Shown: positions 1-8,876 of the stretch, one piece after another
How the letters are laid out: the number at the start of each line of letters is the position of its first letter
How positions within the stretch are numbered: the first letter of the stretch is position 1
From: a virus
Taxonomy: Duplodnaviria; Caudoviricetes
DNA length: 31,338 nt
IMG/VR virus record: IMGVR_UViG_3300017963_000586
Coordinates: 1 to 31,338 of that record
Reading direction: 5' to 3' (one strand)
Program-made: the position numbers and the translations under genes
The notes under the pieces: model-generated
The model's database searches: none
What the model was told of the DNA's origin: nothing
Seen by the model: the letters and a program-made list of their open reading frames with translations, nothing else

Positions 1-40
1 CGTTAGCGACCCGTGTTGGAATTGCCTTTAGGAAGGACCC
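1..40 (-). other. Putative cos region: cosQ-like GGGTCCT (34-40) followed by a candidate 12-nt cohesive end GGGTCGCTAACG (12..1)
   Basis: Minus strand reads GGGTCCTTCC-taaaggcaattccaacac-GGGTCGCTAACG. Lambda cosQ is GGGTCCT about 23 nt before the GGGCGGCGACCT cohesive end. The position after the replication/VRR-NUC genes is where cos lies in lambdoid order. Confidence 0.6.
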
Positions 41-60
41 ACGATTTAAATTATATCTAA

Positions 61-342
61 TCATTTCAGCACTTTCAACTTGTCACCGTTGTTACTCTCG
101 TTTCGCGGCCTGTCGTCCTGTATAACGAACTGGCATTTGGCGCAGTAGACAACCGGCAGGTTAACGAACAGATCGTTCGGCGATCCCACCAGAATCTTAG
201 AGACTCGCTTCAGCTTCATGCCGGTCAGGAACACCTCGCTACCGCATTTCTGGCACAGAACAGCCCGTGTTTGTTTTTCATCCAATAGCTTGGTCGTCGT
301 TCGCCCCATCGCGTCTTTAACGTCAACCCTGATCGTCGCCAT
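61..342 (-). CDS. Small zinc-ribbon-like phage protein (93 aa)
   Basis: CQKC...CAKC pairs; GGAGG SD upstream; co-oriented with operon. Confidence 0.8.
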   Translation of the reverse strand: MATIRVDVKDAMGRTTTKLLDEKQTRAVLCQKCGSEVFLTGMKLKRVSKILVGSPNDLFVNLPVVYCAKCQFVIQDDRPRNESNNGDKLKVLK

Positions 343-511
343 AATGCCTCCCTATCGCGTTTGTCGGTTCTCGCTTTTTTATCCAACAGGCCGGACAGAT
401 GCCCATGCAATCCGCCCAGACCTTGCCCACTGCTTTATTTTTGAGCGGTACGCTAAACGTCAGGCCGCACAATCGGCAGAAAACCTTTAATGTTTGCATG
501 GGTATCCCCAT
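323..511 (-). CDS. Small Cys-rich hypothetical protein (start may be ATG at 499)
   Basis: CRLC...CPAC motif; overlaps next gene as usual in phage operons. Confidence 0.6.
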   Translation of the reverse strand: MGIPMQTLKVFCRLCGLTFSVPLKNKAVGKVWADCMGICPACWIKKREPTNAIGRHYGDDQG

Positions 512-535
512 TTTTTTTCGCTCAAAATTCGGCCT

Positions 536-604
536 TTAGGTTATCGCGATCAAAATGAATGTAACCAACCATAGCAAGATAATAAAAAGCGCCGTGTCTC
601 CCAT
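536..604 (-). CDS. Possible 22-aa hydrophobic peptide (MGDTALFIILLWLVTFILIAIT)
   Basis: Read manually; starts 4 nt after the upstream stop; single TM-like stretch; too short to be sure. Confidence 0.3.
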   Translation of the reverse strand: MGDTALFIILLWLVTFILIAIT

Positions 605-608
605 TTTT

Positions 609-776
609 TCAGTTGCTTTCCATTTCGATAACATGGACAATCTCACCCAGGACGCTCTCACCCTTATGTGTAATCTTTCGCTCGGCGTCCTTGAGGCTGT
701 CGGCTTCGACGGTTCCGGCCATGGTTTTGCCGTTTAGCTCGTATTGCGTGGCGTACTGTTTCGGTTGATGTGCCAT
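609..776 (-). CDS. Hypothetical protein, 55 aa (MAHQPKQYATQYELNGKTMAGTVEADSLKDAERK...), below ORF-track cutoff
   Basis: Translated manually; GGAGGGGGT SD-like tract upstream; protein-like composition. Confidence 0.65.
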   Translation of the reverse strand: MAHQPKQYATQYELNGKTMAGTVEADSLKDAERKITHKGESVLGEIVHVIEMESN

Positions 777-815
777 TTTGGAGACACCCCCTCCCGGTTG
801 TTTTTTTTTAGAGTT

Positions 816-910
816 GTCTTGTGTTGTCTTGTCTCGTCATGTCAAGTCGCGTCCTGTCCTGTCATGTCATGTCACGTCGAGTCACGTCTCGTCTAGTCAC
901 GTCTGGTCAC
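816..910. repeat. Tandem pentamer array (GTCNN)x19
   Basis: gtctt gtgtt gtctt gtctc gtcat gtcaa gtcgc gtcct gtcct gtcat gtcat gtcac gtcga gtcac gtctc gtcta gtcac gtctg gtcac; 18 of 19 units start with GTC. Confidence 0.95.
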
Positions 911-917
911 GTTTTCT

Positions 918-1259
918 TTAAACCACCCCCTTCTGGTAATTTTTCAGCGCTTGCCATGCCTCGTCACAGCTTCGGCAGACCTCCACCCTGTGATTCAATT
1001 TCCGTAATATTTCGATCATGCGTTTCTGATCTTTCGTCACTCTCCCGGTTTTGGTTTTCATCTCGATCCACAGGCCGTGATATTTACCATTTGCCACCGG
1101 GTAATGAATGTCAGGTATCCCACGCTTGACGCCTTCGGCTTTCAGTTTTGCGGCGACGGCGATATGACGATGGCCGCCGTTTGGTATGGCGTAGATCGGT
1201 TCAATGTTGTGTTTTTTACAACGGGCAAAAAACAACGCTTGTTCAAGGTGTTCGCTCAT
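918..1259 (-). CDS. VRR-NUC domain endonuclease (Holliday-junction-resolvase-like)
   Basis: EH.EQ, AIPNGG, GVKRGIPDI, LWIEMK, GRVTKDQK PD-(D/E)XK motifs. Confidence 0.9.
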   Translation of the reverse strand: MSEHLEQALFFARCKKHNIEPIYAIPNGGHRHIAVAAKLKAEGVKRGIPDIHYPVANGKYHGLWIEMKTKTGRVTKDQKRMIEILRKLNHRVEVCRSCDEAWQALKNYQKGVV

Positions 1260-1285
1260 AGTGTTGTAAAGTGCAGCATGGTTTT

Positions 1286-1498
1286 ACTACGCTATTGCTA
1301 CGCTATATTTGTAATAATATTATATATATATAGTATAGTGTAGTAGTGTAGTGTATATGTATATAAATATCCTAATTTATCTCGCGTATACCCCCATCTC
1401 TCTCTCCCCCTGGAAGGTGCTACGCTACGCTTCTGTTTTTTTGGCTTAAACATATGATTTTCTTATAAATATAGTATAGCAAGCGTTTGCTACACTAT
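1286..1498. repeat. Putative replication origin: RCTAYRCTAY repeats in both orientations around an AT-rich tract
   Basis: Plus copies at 1286, 1297, 1419, 1489; minus copies at 1330, 1335, 1343, 1471; (TA)n tract about 1311-1331; lies immediately downstream of the primase. Confidence 0.6.
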
Positions 1499-3595
1499 TT
1501 TGGCGACAAAATAGGAAATAATTTTCCTGCCGTTTTTTGCCGTCTCCTCTTTTGCGCCGATTTCTCCCGTTGAAATTAAATCCTTCAAGTATTGGTTTAA
1601 GTCTTTGGACGTCAGACCTCGGCATTCCCTTTGCATTAATTCGCGTTGCGAAATGGTATTTGTTATATTTCTTTGCATTCCTTTTCTAATACCTTTTACA
1701 ATTTTCTGTTTCCAGCGAACGATCTCATTGTCTGCAACATTTTCTTGAATCTGAATGATGGTATTTGTGATTAAATAATCAACGGTTTTACACGCCCACT
1801 CAATTGAATCCGTATCGACCTTTTTTACACCTACCCCACATTTAGAAAGCGCGTGAATAAGCGCCATTTTAGCGGCGTGTTCAGCCGCTCGTCCATAAAT
1901 GGATGATATGCCGTCACCGACTGTTTTGTGCCTGTTTTTAAGGCTGTGGTAGCCTCTGGCCCACGTTTCAAACATTTCCTGCGCTTCATTTGTGCGGGAT
2001 ATAATTTTAGGCACAGGAATAGCGGACAGGTTGCCGTTGGCTGTATCCATCTTTGTCTCAATCTGAAAAATATCCGAAATCTGTTTTTCAATGCTTGGAG
2101 ACGAATGGAAAGATATAACCGACTTCGGAAACGGTGCATCGTGATGCGACTCCCAGATAAGCACTCGCGCTAAAAAACCATCGGCCACCTCACCGCCGGT
2201 CAGCGACTCCCAGAACCGCTCCGGAGTGCTGGCACCGTACATAGCTAAGTGATGCCAGTTGACACGGATGGCATCCCCGTTTGCGTAATTTTTAATCTCA
2301 GGCCTGTCGGTGGCGCTGAACAGTTTTATAAATAAACGAGGAATATCAGACGCCGCTGAATCCGGTTTTTTAAGTCCTTTTAAAACAAGCCCGATTTCAT
2401 CGAGCATCATAAAAGTGACTTCGCTTCCGGGTTGACTGAGCCAGCGCAGAATCGCCGTTGAGCTTGTAAGCTCGGTCGGCCCTATCGTTCTGGCGGCGGC
2501 GGTGCGGGATAGAAGCTGCGGGAAGGTGGAAAACGGTGCGTTTTTACCGGCACCGGAATAACCCAAAGCGATTGAATAGATGTTTGTCCGGAGTCCGGTT
2601 TCGGTTTGGATCTTCTGACCGGCGACATTGCCAAGAAGCGTAACCGCTGCGGCGAGGCTGAAAAAAGGAACGGATACGGTGCTGTTTATTTCAATGTAAT
2701 CTATAAGCTCCTGCAGCAACCCGCCGGGATTTAAAACCTCACACGGTACATCGTTATTTTCGTACTGACAGACCTCCGGCTCGACCGTTTCGTCCGATAT
2801 GACAATCTGCGCTTCGTCGGGCTCGTATTTTAAAGCGGATTTAAAGGTGGGAAGGAGTTCTGACTCCGGATACGGCGGATCGCACCTATCGGCAAACGAT
2901 TTTAATAAAAGCCATATTTCGTCTTCGGTGAGGTTTTTGCCGCGCAACCGGCAAGCTTCTTTAAACAGTATGACGTTACGTTCGCCCTTGGATATGCCGG
3001 TGGACACTTTATCTGTATCGAGTTTCGCGGATATAGTGGACAAATCGACATTGAGATTCCCGCCTCCATTCGGCGGCACATATTCGGCCAAATCGTCCCA
3101 GCCATCCATGAGAAACTGCCACCGGTATTGATGCCCGGTTTCATGGATAGACGGCGGTGCGACGAAATAACCGCCCTCTCCACGAATATCGACCTCCGGT
3201 GCCAATCGGACGGAGTTTCTTATAACTGAATCTTTCGGGATTTTATAAATGGCATGGATGCCTTTTTTCGTAATCGAATACACTCCCGTTTTCGGAAGAT
3301 GCGTATTCATCCACTCGATTCCCTTTGGGCCATCAGCATCGACGCAGAATATACCGCTTATTTTACCGCAAATGATGGCAATGTTCGCATGTGGCCACGA
3401 ATTCCACCAACGAATTATATCATCATCGGTCGGGTGGCTCTTTTGGTACTTTTCCCATTTTATGTACGGCCTTTTATCTGATCGTTTAACAGGAAGGATC
3501 GAAAACCCCATGTCGAGCAACTCAAGCGCTGCATTTACCATCTCCTCTGACGGGCACTCTTTCATAGCTTTTCCCTGATTTTTCAAATCGATCAT
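1490..3595 (-). CDS. Bifunctional primase/polymerase (Prim-Pol) with PriCT and DUF3987-like helicase-type C-terminal domain (start possibly 3565)
   Basis: NIAIICG...CVDADG, GIHAIY, DIRGEGGYFVAPPSIH; GERN PriCT motif; Walker A GYSGAGKN and MLDE Walker B. Confidence 0.9.
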   Translation of the reverse strand: MIDLKNQGKAMKECPSEEMVNAALELLDMGFSILPVKRSDKRPYIKWEKYQKSHPTDDDIIRWWNSWPHANIAIICGKISGIFCVDADGPKGIEWMNTHLPKTGVYSITKKGIHAIYKIPKDSVIRNSVRLAPEVDIRGEGGYFVAPPSIHETGHQYRWQFLMDGWDDLAEYVPPNGGGNLNVDLSTISAKLDTDKVSTGISKGERNVILFKEACRLRGKNLTEDEIWLLLKSFADRCDPPYPESELLPTFKSALKYEPDEAQIVISDETVEPEVCQYENNDVPCEVLNPGGLLQELIDYIEINSTVSVPFFSLAAAVTLLGNVAGQKIQTETGLRTNIYSIALGYSGAGKNAPFSTFPQLLSRTAAARTIGPTELTSSTAILRWLSQPGSEVTFMMLDEIGLVLKGLKKPDSAASDIPRLFIKLFSATDRPEIKNYANGDAIRVNWHHLAMYGASTPERFWESLTGGEVADGFLARVLIWESHHDAPFPKSVISFHSSPSIEKQISDIFQIETKMDTANGNLSAIPVPKIISRTNEAQEMFETWARGYHSLKNRHKTVGDGISSIYGRAAEHAAKMALIHALSKCGVGVKKVDTDSIEWACKTVDYLITNTIIQIQENVADNEIVRWKQKIVKGIRKGMQRNITNTISQRELMQRECRGLTSKDLNQYLKDLISTGEIGAKEETAKNGRKIISYFVAKIV

Positions 3596-4442
3596 TCCAA
3601 TCCGGGCACCCCGTACCCCATGTTTTTATCTCGAACGGATGTTTAGGATGAGAACACCACGGCTTGCACGTTCCCGCTGGGAACACGCAAAAATGACATG
3701 TTCCGCAAACTTGATTCGTCACTATGGTTTCCTCCGGATACCAGCAGGCTTGACGATGATCACACCACTGGCAATAGAAGCTGTCGATTTCAAACGGCCT
3801 GGGCGGTATTTCGTTTGATACGATTATTCTTTTGGCTCTGGATATAAGCGCCTGGGCGTCGGTTTGGTTATAATAAAACCGCTCGGCGTACCACTCGGAA
3901 TTATCTTTGCAGACGAACGTATAAATCGCCCGATCCGTGCCGGAATAATGCATCATCATCTGCGCCTGACAGTAATATCCCGGATAAACGTGCTTAACGC
4001 CGAACTGCTTTATCGCTGAAAACTTTTTAAGATTGACGCTTTTAGCGTCCCATACATGCGGTGCCGATGTGACGCCGTGGATGATGCCGTCCGGATGACC
4101 TCTAAAAAAACCGTTGTGGTCTTTATACGATGCTTGCCGATCCGTGATTTTATACCCGGCAGTTTCGAGCCAGAATATCTGCATCTGTTCGATGTAATCA
4201 CCGACATTGAAAAGCTGCAGCATCCGTCCGTCTTTTGGCTTCGACGGCGCTCCACGAAAGCCGTACCATATATCCCGGTCGCACGGCTTTCCGATCTGGC
4301 TCATGCCGAGATAAAAGCCACGGTAATAGCGGTGCTTGACCGGTATAGTGAAAGAGCCTGTAAATCGAGCCGTCGCTTCGTAGACCTCGTTTATAAGGCG
4401 CTGCACCGGGCGGTCTTCAATTAGTTGGGGGAGTTTAGGCAC
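3522..4442 (-). CDS. Cas4-like / PD-(D/E)XK phage exonuclease with Cys clusters
   Basis: SQIGKPCDR, GHPDG, DAKS, QAQMMM, CQWC-x5-C (four-Cys Fe-S arrangement), plus extra C-terminal Cys cluster; GTG start. Confidence 0.85.
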   Translation of the reverse strand: MPKLPQLIEDRPVQRLINEVYEATARFTGSFTIPVKHRYYRGFYLGMSQIGKPCDRDIWYGFRGAPSKPKDGRMLQLFNVGDYIEQMQIFWLETAGYKITDRQASYKDHNGFFRGHPDGIIHGVTSAPHVWDAKSVNLKKFSAIKQFGVKHVYPGYYCQAQMMMHYSGTDRAIYTFVCKDNSEWYAERFYYNQTDAQALISRAKRIIVSNEIPPRPFEIDSFYCQWCDHRQACWYPEETIVTNQVCGTCHFCVFPAGTCKPWCSHPKHPFEIKTWGTGCPDWNDRFEKSGKSYERVPVRGDGKCSA

Positions 4443-5676
4443 TAAATAGCTCCTGTTGCTTTTGCCTTGTTTTTTTCTTTGATTCGATTCTTCTTTTTTT
4501 AATTTCTTTATACATTTGATACGCTTCGCTTTTTGGTTGCGATTGCCCTAATCCTTTGCACCAATAATCATTACGCAATAAAACTTTACACATCCGTCTC
4601 CATGACGGAGCCCAACATTTATTTTCAAGCTCTGGTGGCGATTCATCCGGTATTTTAGAATATCCTCTCTGATGCCATCCATGAATAAACTTTTTAAATC
4701 GATACAAATAATGCTCTCTTGTTTTTTTCGGCATTGTTTGAAGAAGCAAATTACAAAAACTTTTCCAGGTATGATTTTCAGGTTTTGTTATTTTATTATA
4801 ACCGGTCATGTTGCCGTTTTCCTGTATATACAAAGCACCAGAATTGGCTCCGTTTACTCTTTCGACCAACTTATACCAAGTTTTAGGTTCTAATATATGA
4901 TAAAGCCATAATCCTCGCCGCTGGTCATCTCCGTATGGTTGACACAGCCTTTGCTGGCTTAACTTTACTCCAGCCTGATACATTTTATCGTATATTTTAT
5001 TGTATGGTTTTTTCGGATAATGGGCGTGATACGTCCAAATGTCTTCGGTTTTCCAATCGTAGATAGGATATACGTTATAGCAATTAGTGACGGTTTTAGT
5101 TGTCCACCGATAATCGTTAAACATTAAACCTTCTTTTCTCCAGGTTGCTATCGCGCAATGTCGGTGTAGGCTCTCATCCGCTCGTATGGCAATAAATCCG
5201 GCGGTCATCTTATTTTGCGAATACCACTCACCGAATAAAACAATAAATTCCTCAAACTCCATTTCCGGCAAACAAAAAGGGTAATCTTGTTCTGTTTTAC
5301 AGCTAAACGGTTTTTCTCTTATCCACATATCTTTCTTTGATTCGTCCCAACATACCCACTGTGGCTCAAAATTGGTAACAGCATTTCTTAGCCGCATAGG
5401 AACGCATATCCAGTGTGGGTCAATATATTCTTTATATAAAGAAAACATCTTATAAATGTGTTTTATTGTCTCCTGATATTGCGCTTCAAAATCAATAAAC
5501 ATTACCGCGACTTTCTTTTTTCTTTTTACCGCTTCTTCCATTATCAGGTGCATTAAAACGGTGCTATCCTTTCCACCGGAGAAAGCACAATAAATCCGTT
5601 CAAAATTATCAAATACAATTTTTATCCGGCTTCTGGCAGCAGTTAAAACATCGACGCTATTATATATTTTATCCAT
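4435..5676 (-). CDS. PAPS-reductase-fold / DUF3440 protein (IbrA/YbdN-like)
   Basis: PP-loop AFSGGKDS, FIDFEAQY, IRADES, YPIYDWKTEDIW, RLCQPYGDDQRRGL, PSWRRMCKVLLRNDYWC. Confidence 0.9.
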   Translation of the reverse strand: MDKIYNSVDVLTAARSRIKIVFDNFERIYCAFSGGKDSTVLMHLIMEEAVKRKKKVAVMFIDFEAQYQETIKHIYKMFSLYKEYIDPHWICVPMRLRNAVTNFEPQWVCWDESKKDMWIREKPFSCKTEQDYPFCLPEMEFEEFIVLFGEWYSQNKMTAGFIAIRADESLHRHCAIATWRKEGLMFNDYRWTTKTVTNCYNVYPIYDWKTEDIWTYHAHYPKKPYNKIYDKMYQAGVKLSQQRLCQPYGDDQRRGLWLYHILEPKTWYKLVERVNGANSGALYIQENGNMTGYNKITKPENHTWKSFCNLLLQTMPKKTREHYLYRFKKFIHGWHQRGYSKIPDESPPELENKCWAPSWRRMCKVLLRNDYWCKGLGQSQPKSEAYQMYKEIKKRRIESKKKTRQKQQELFSA

Positions 5677-5677
5677 A

Positions 5678-6817
5678 TCAATACAGGTCTACTTGACGAC
5701 CGCCTCCCAAAGCTTCTTCCATCGTTACTTTTTTCATCCCGTTTATTTTGAGCCATTTATTTAAATAAGTTAACGCTGTTTCGTTGGCTTTCTTTTGCTG
5801 TTCATCCGAAAGGAGATTGAATCCACTTCTATATTTTGATGGTATCCCTTTCGCATAACAACATGACGCTTGCCCAAGCCATGCAATACGGTTAAAAGAA
5901 ACATTGGTTAAATAATGCTCACAAGAATGTTTCCATTCTTTTATTACCTTCTCTAATGTTTCCGAAAACAATTTTATATCAGACAAAAAATCTCGATATA
6001 CAATTTCACACTGTTCTCTTGTCATCCCTGGTTTTTTGGTATCGTAGAATCCGGCCTTGTAGCACTCCCATTTATCCCATTTGTGAAATATCCTATTGCC
6101 GTCATTTGTATTTATTGTTCTGAAATCGTTTGTTTCGTCACCATAGGTTTCTATGTCATCCGAAAGCTGATCAAAATCATCATCGAAAGTATTATCTTCG
6201 ATATCCCACGACATAGAAAAATTTTTATCTTTAAACATTTCAGCCAAACCGGTTATCTGGCACAACCTTAATATTTCGTCAGGGTCCATCCCTAATTCAG
6301 TTGCTATTTTTTGATCTGTCCAATTCCTTCTTTTTAGCTCGACAACAATATCAGACATACCGTCTATGGTATGTTTTCCACGGGCTCGGTTATGCCTTAT
6401 GGTTGAAGCAATTCGATTATTTTTTTCTGTTCTATCTGAATTTACAATTGTTACCGGCAAATATCCTTTTACTCGGCTTCTAATATCGAGAATTTCTTTT
6501 CCGACTCTATTTCTATGGTATCCGTCAACAACCTCATATTTTGTGCAGTTTTTCCATGTAACGATTGGTTGTGTGTACCCATCTTCTCTGATTGAATGTT
6601 CCAGCAATTTCATTTCCGGTGGAGCCACTTTATTCGGATTATAGTCATTCGCCGTAACTTCACTTGACTTTATCCAAAGCACACAGTCAACCGGTTCTTT
6701 TTTAAATGGAGAATAATCTGACAACATTTTTTTTATTAAATTTATATGTTCTATTTTTTCCTCTGTATCCAACTTGTCTAAGAAACTTAGATCTTCTTTT
6801 ATTTTATCTAACATCAT
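5678..6817 (-). CDS. ParB/Srx-like nuclease domain protein (IbrB/YbdM-like) with extra C-terminal domain
   Basis: ANDYNPNKVAPPEMKLL, DGYTQPIV, VVDGYHR, STIRHNRARGKH; acidic linker, then about 140 further residues. Confidence 0.9.
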   Translation of the reverse strand: MMLDKIKEDLSFLDKLDTEEKIEHINLIKKMLSDYSPFKKEPVDCVLWIKSSEVTANDYNPNKVAPPEMKLLEHSIREDGYTQPIVTWKNCTKYEVVDGYHRNRVGKEILDIRSRVKGYLPVTIVNSDRTEKNNRIASTIRHNRARGKHTIDGMSDIVVELKRRNWTDQKIATELGMDPDEILRLCQITGLAEMFKDKNFSMSWDIEDNTFDDDFDQLSDDIETYGDETNDFRTINTNDGNRIFHKWDKWECYKAGFYDTKKPGMTREQCEIVYRDFLSDIKLFSETLEKVIKEWKHSCEHYLTNVSFNRIAWLGQASCCYAKGIPSKYRSGFNLLSDEQQKKANETALTYLNKWLKINGMKKVTMEEALGGGRQVDLY

Positions 6818-8441
6818 TCCACGGCCTCACGCCCCAGTAGTTAACATTCATCCACTTACCTTTTTCGATAACCTCTATCTTGTCCGGAAGGCTCATAATC
6901 AATTCTCCTTGACGGTTCATCGCCTCGTCAACCGACTCCGGCGGCTCAGTTCCAACAAGCGCACCCCAAACGCGCCGCGCTTTGCCCTTCGTCCATCCGG
7001 AGGCGTTGCCTTCGAAGTCAAAAAACTCGTTCACCCAATTCGTCACCACACTGTCGGGCAACCGACACGCCAGCGACAGCTTCAACATCCGGTTCCCCTT
7101 TTTGCTGATAAAATCTTCGATGGTGGAGTGCTGAATTTCCATCACCATAGATTCGGGTTTGCGGTTGAAAATAACGTCCTTCATTTCCGGTGTGCCGTTC
7201 TGCTCTTTGACCTCAACCGGCCACTCGTAGCCGCAGGATTTGCATATTTTCGCCCCGACCGGATTCAATTCAAAGCACTGTGGGCAGCACTTGAATATCG
7301 GATCAGAATTGCCGTTCCGGTTTGGTATCGGCACATGCGGAGAATCCGGATCGCCGTGAACGCTGCAGTTGCTTGACAGATCGAGGATTAAAACATCGGT
7401 TTTATCCGGATGCGGACGCAAACCACGGCCGATCATCTGCACATACAGCGCCGCCGACTTCGTTGGTCGGCACATGACAACGCAGTCCACCGCCGGGGAA
7501 TCCCACCCTTCGGTAAGAACACCGACGTTACACAACACTCTGATACGACCGGCTTCAAACTGCCGCAGGATCATGTCCCGCTGCGCCAGCGGCATCTTTG
7601 AATGCACAGCCGCGGCCTGACCGCCGAATGCTTTTTTGACTTTTTCGGCATGATCTATTGTCACACAAAAAACGACGATTCTTTTTCTATCCGGAGCGTA
7701 TTTTTCAACGGCGCTTACCGCCGATCCGACATGCTCCTGCTTGCTCATTACATCGGACAGATCCCTGATGTTAAAGTCTCCGGACACGCGCACGGATTTT
7801 AGTTCCGATTGGATGTTTACGACTTCTTTGGCTCGATATTGGGTGAGATAATTTAGGTCCTGCAGCTTTTTAATCCCGATGCGGTAACTGAGCGATTGAA
7901 ACAGATTCTCGTTTTCCGGCTTTTTGATGTCACCGTAAATATAACCGTGACCGAGGCGGAAAGGTGTTGCCGTGAATCCTAAAACGCGCACATTCGGATT
8001 ATATTTCTTCATCGCAGACAGCCATATCTGATACTGGCTCTTTTTGTTCATCGGCGGTATCCGGTGCGCCTCATCGACAATAATGATGTCGAACGGCTCT
8101 GTCTCTTCGACACGCCTTACCAGTGTTTGTATTGATCCGATGACAACCGGCCTTTCCGTATCCACTGACACACCGGTTGACGCACACGCGATGCCAATCG
8201 GCGCTTGCGGCCATACTTTTATCAGCTTATCCTGCGCCTGACCGATTAACTCCCGGCGATGCGCCAGAATGCCAATCCTGATTTTTGGCCATTGGGAAAG
8301 AAGCGATTCAATCAGCTTGCAGAAAATGATAGTTTTACCTGCACCGGTCGCCGCCATTGTCAGGATATTGTTCTGCACAGGTATGGCGCTGATGATGGTA
8401 TCCAGCGCCTCCTGTTGATATTGCCGCAGGACTATTCCCAT
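6804..8441 (-). CDS. Superfamily 2 DEAH helicase (RadD/YejH-like) with zinc ribbon
   Basis: LRQYQ, ATGAGKT, DEAH, TATP, VLTEGWD, QMIGRGLR, CPQC/CKSC. Confidence 0.95.
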   Translation of the reverse strand: MGIVLRQYQQEALDTIISAIPVQNNILTMAATGAGKTIIFCKLIESLLSQWPKIRIGILAHRRELIGQAQDKLIKVWPQAPIGIACASTGVSVDTERPVVIGSIQTLVRRVEETEPFDIIIVDEAHRIPPMNKKSQYQIWLSAMKKYNPNVRVLGFTATPFRLGHGYIYGDIKKPENENLFQSLSYRIGIKKLQDLNYLTQYRAKEVVNIQSELKSVRVSGDFNIRDLSDVMSKQEHVGSAVSAVEKYAPDRKRIVVFCVTIDHAEKVKKAFGGQAAAVHSKMPLAQRDMILRQFEAGRIRVLCNVGVLTEGWDSPAVDCVVMCRPTKSAALYVQMIGRGLRPHPDKTDVLILDLSSNCSVHGDPDSPHVPIPNRNGNSDPIFKCCPQCFELNPVGAKICKSCGYEWPVEVKEQNGTPEMKDVIFNRKPESMVMEIQHSTIEDFISKKGNRMLKLSLACRLPDSVVTNWVNEFFDFEGNASGWTKGKARRVWGALVGTEPPESVDEAMNRQGELIMSLPDKIEVIEKGKWMNVNYWGVRPWNDVR

Positions 8442-8872
8442 GGCATTTTTTGTTGAGGTTGTGCGGTTGGCTTTTCAACCGGTGGCGGTTGCGGAGTCGT
8501 TGATTTCTCGATAGGTTTAAATGATGTGATTTTGTTCTTCGGCTCGTATCCCTCGTCTTTCTGAATTTTAAGCCGCAGAAGACACTTTTTGCCGTGCAGT
8601 TCCTCGGTATCTGCCAAAAAGTTTGAATTGGAATGACCGCAGCAAGCCGCCATTGTTTTCAACCGCTGCATGGCCACTTCATTTCCCAGGCTCATGTAAT
8701 CCCAAAGGCGATTGGGTTTCCCGACGACTTCCCATGTCCATTGGATGTAGCTGCCGTTTTTTCCATCTTTAATCTCTGAATCGGAGACGACGGCCTCGTA
8801 CCAACCGGGTTCCAAAACATCGAATCCTTCCTGTGTGTCGTAGTTAGATAGGTCTGCGTTCAATTGTGCCAT
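8432..8872 (-). CDS. DUF669 family ssDNA-binding protein
   Basis: FDVLEPGWYEAVV..., ELHGK, KNKI, Pro-rich tail ending MPWE; position next to Sak4-like ATPase. Confidence 0.85.
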   Translation of the reverse strand: MAQLNADLSNYDTQEGFDVLEPGWYEAVVSDSEIKDGKNGSYIQWTWEVVGKPNRLWDYMSLGNEVAMQRLKTMAACCGHSNSNFLADTEELHGKKCLLRLKIQKDEGYEPKNKITSFKPIEKSTTPQPPPVEKPTAQPQQKMPWE

Positions 8873-8876
8873 GGTG

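Noticed and set aside
816-910. Array as CRISPR or mini-CRISPR
   Set aside because: 5-bp period with no repeat-spacer structure.
821-1129. Plus-strand ORF with SCHVM/SRLVT repeats
   Set aside because: By-product of the pentamer array; antisense to VRR-NUC; no SD.
3522-4442. Cas4-like gene as evidence of CRISPR-Cas
   Set aside because: No array or other cas genes; solo Cas4-like nucleases are normal in Sak4/helicase/primase modules.
4435-5676. cysH auxiliary sulfur-metabolism gene
   Set aside because: No ECGLH-type C-terminal motif; has a DUF3440-like tail and ParB-like partner, i.e. IbrA/YbdN type.
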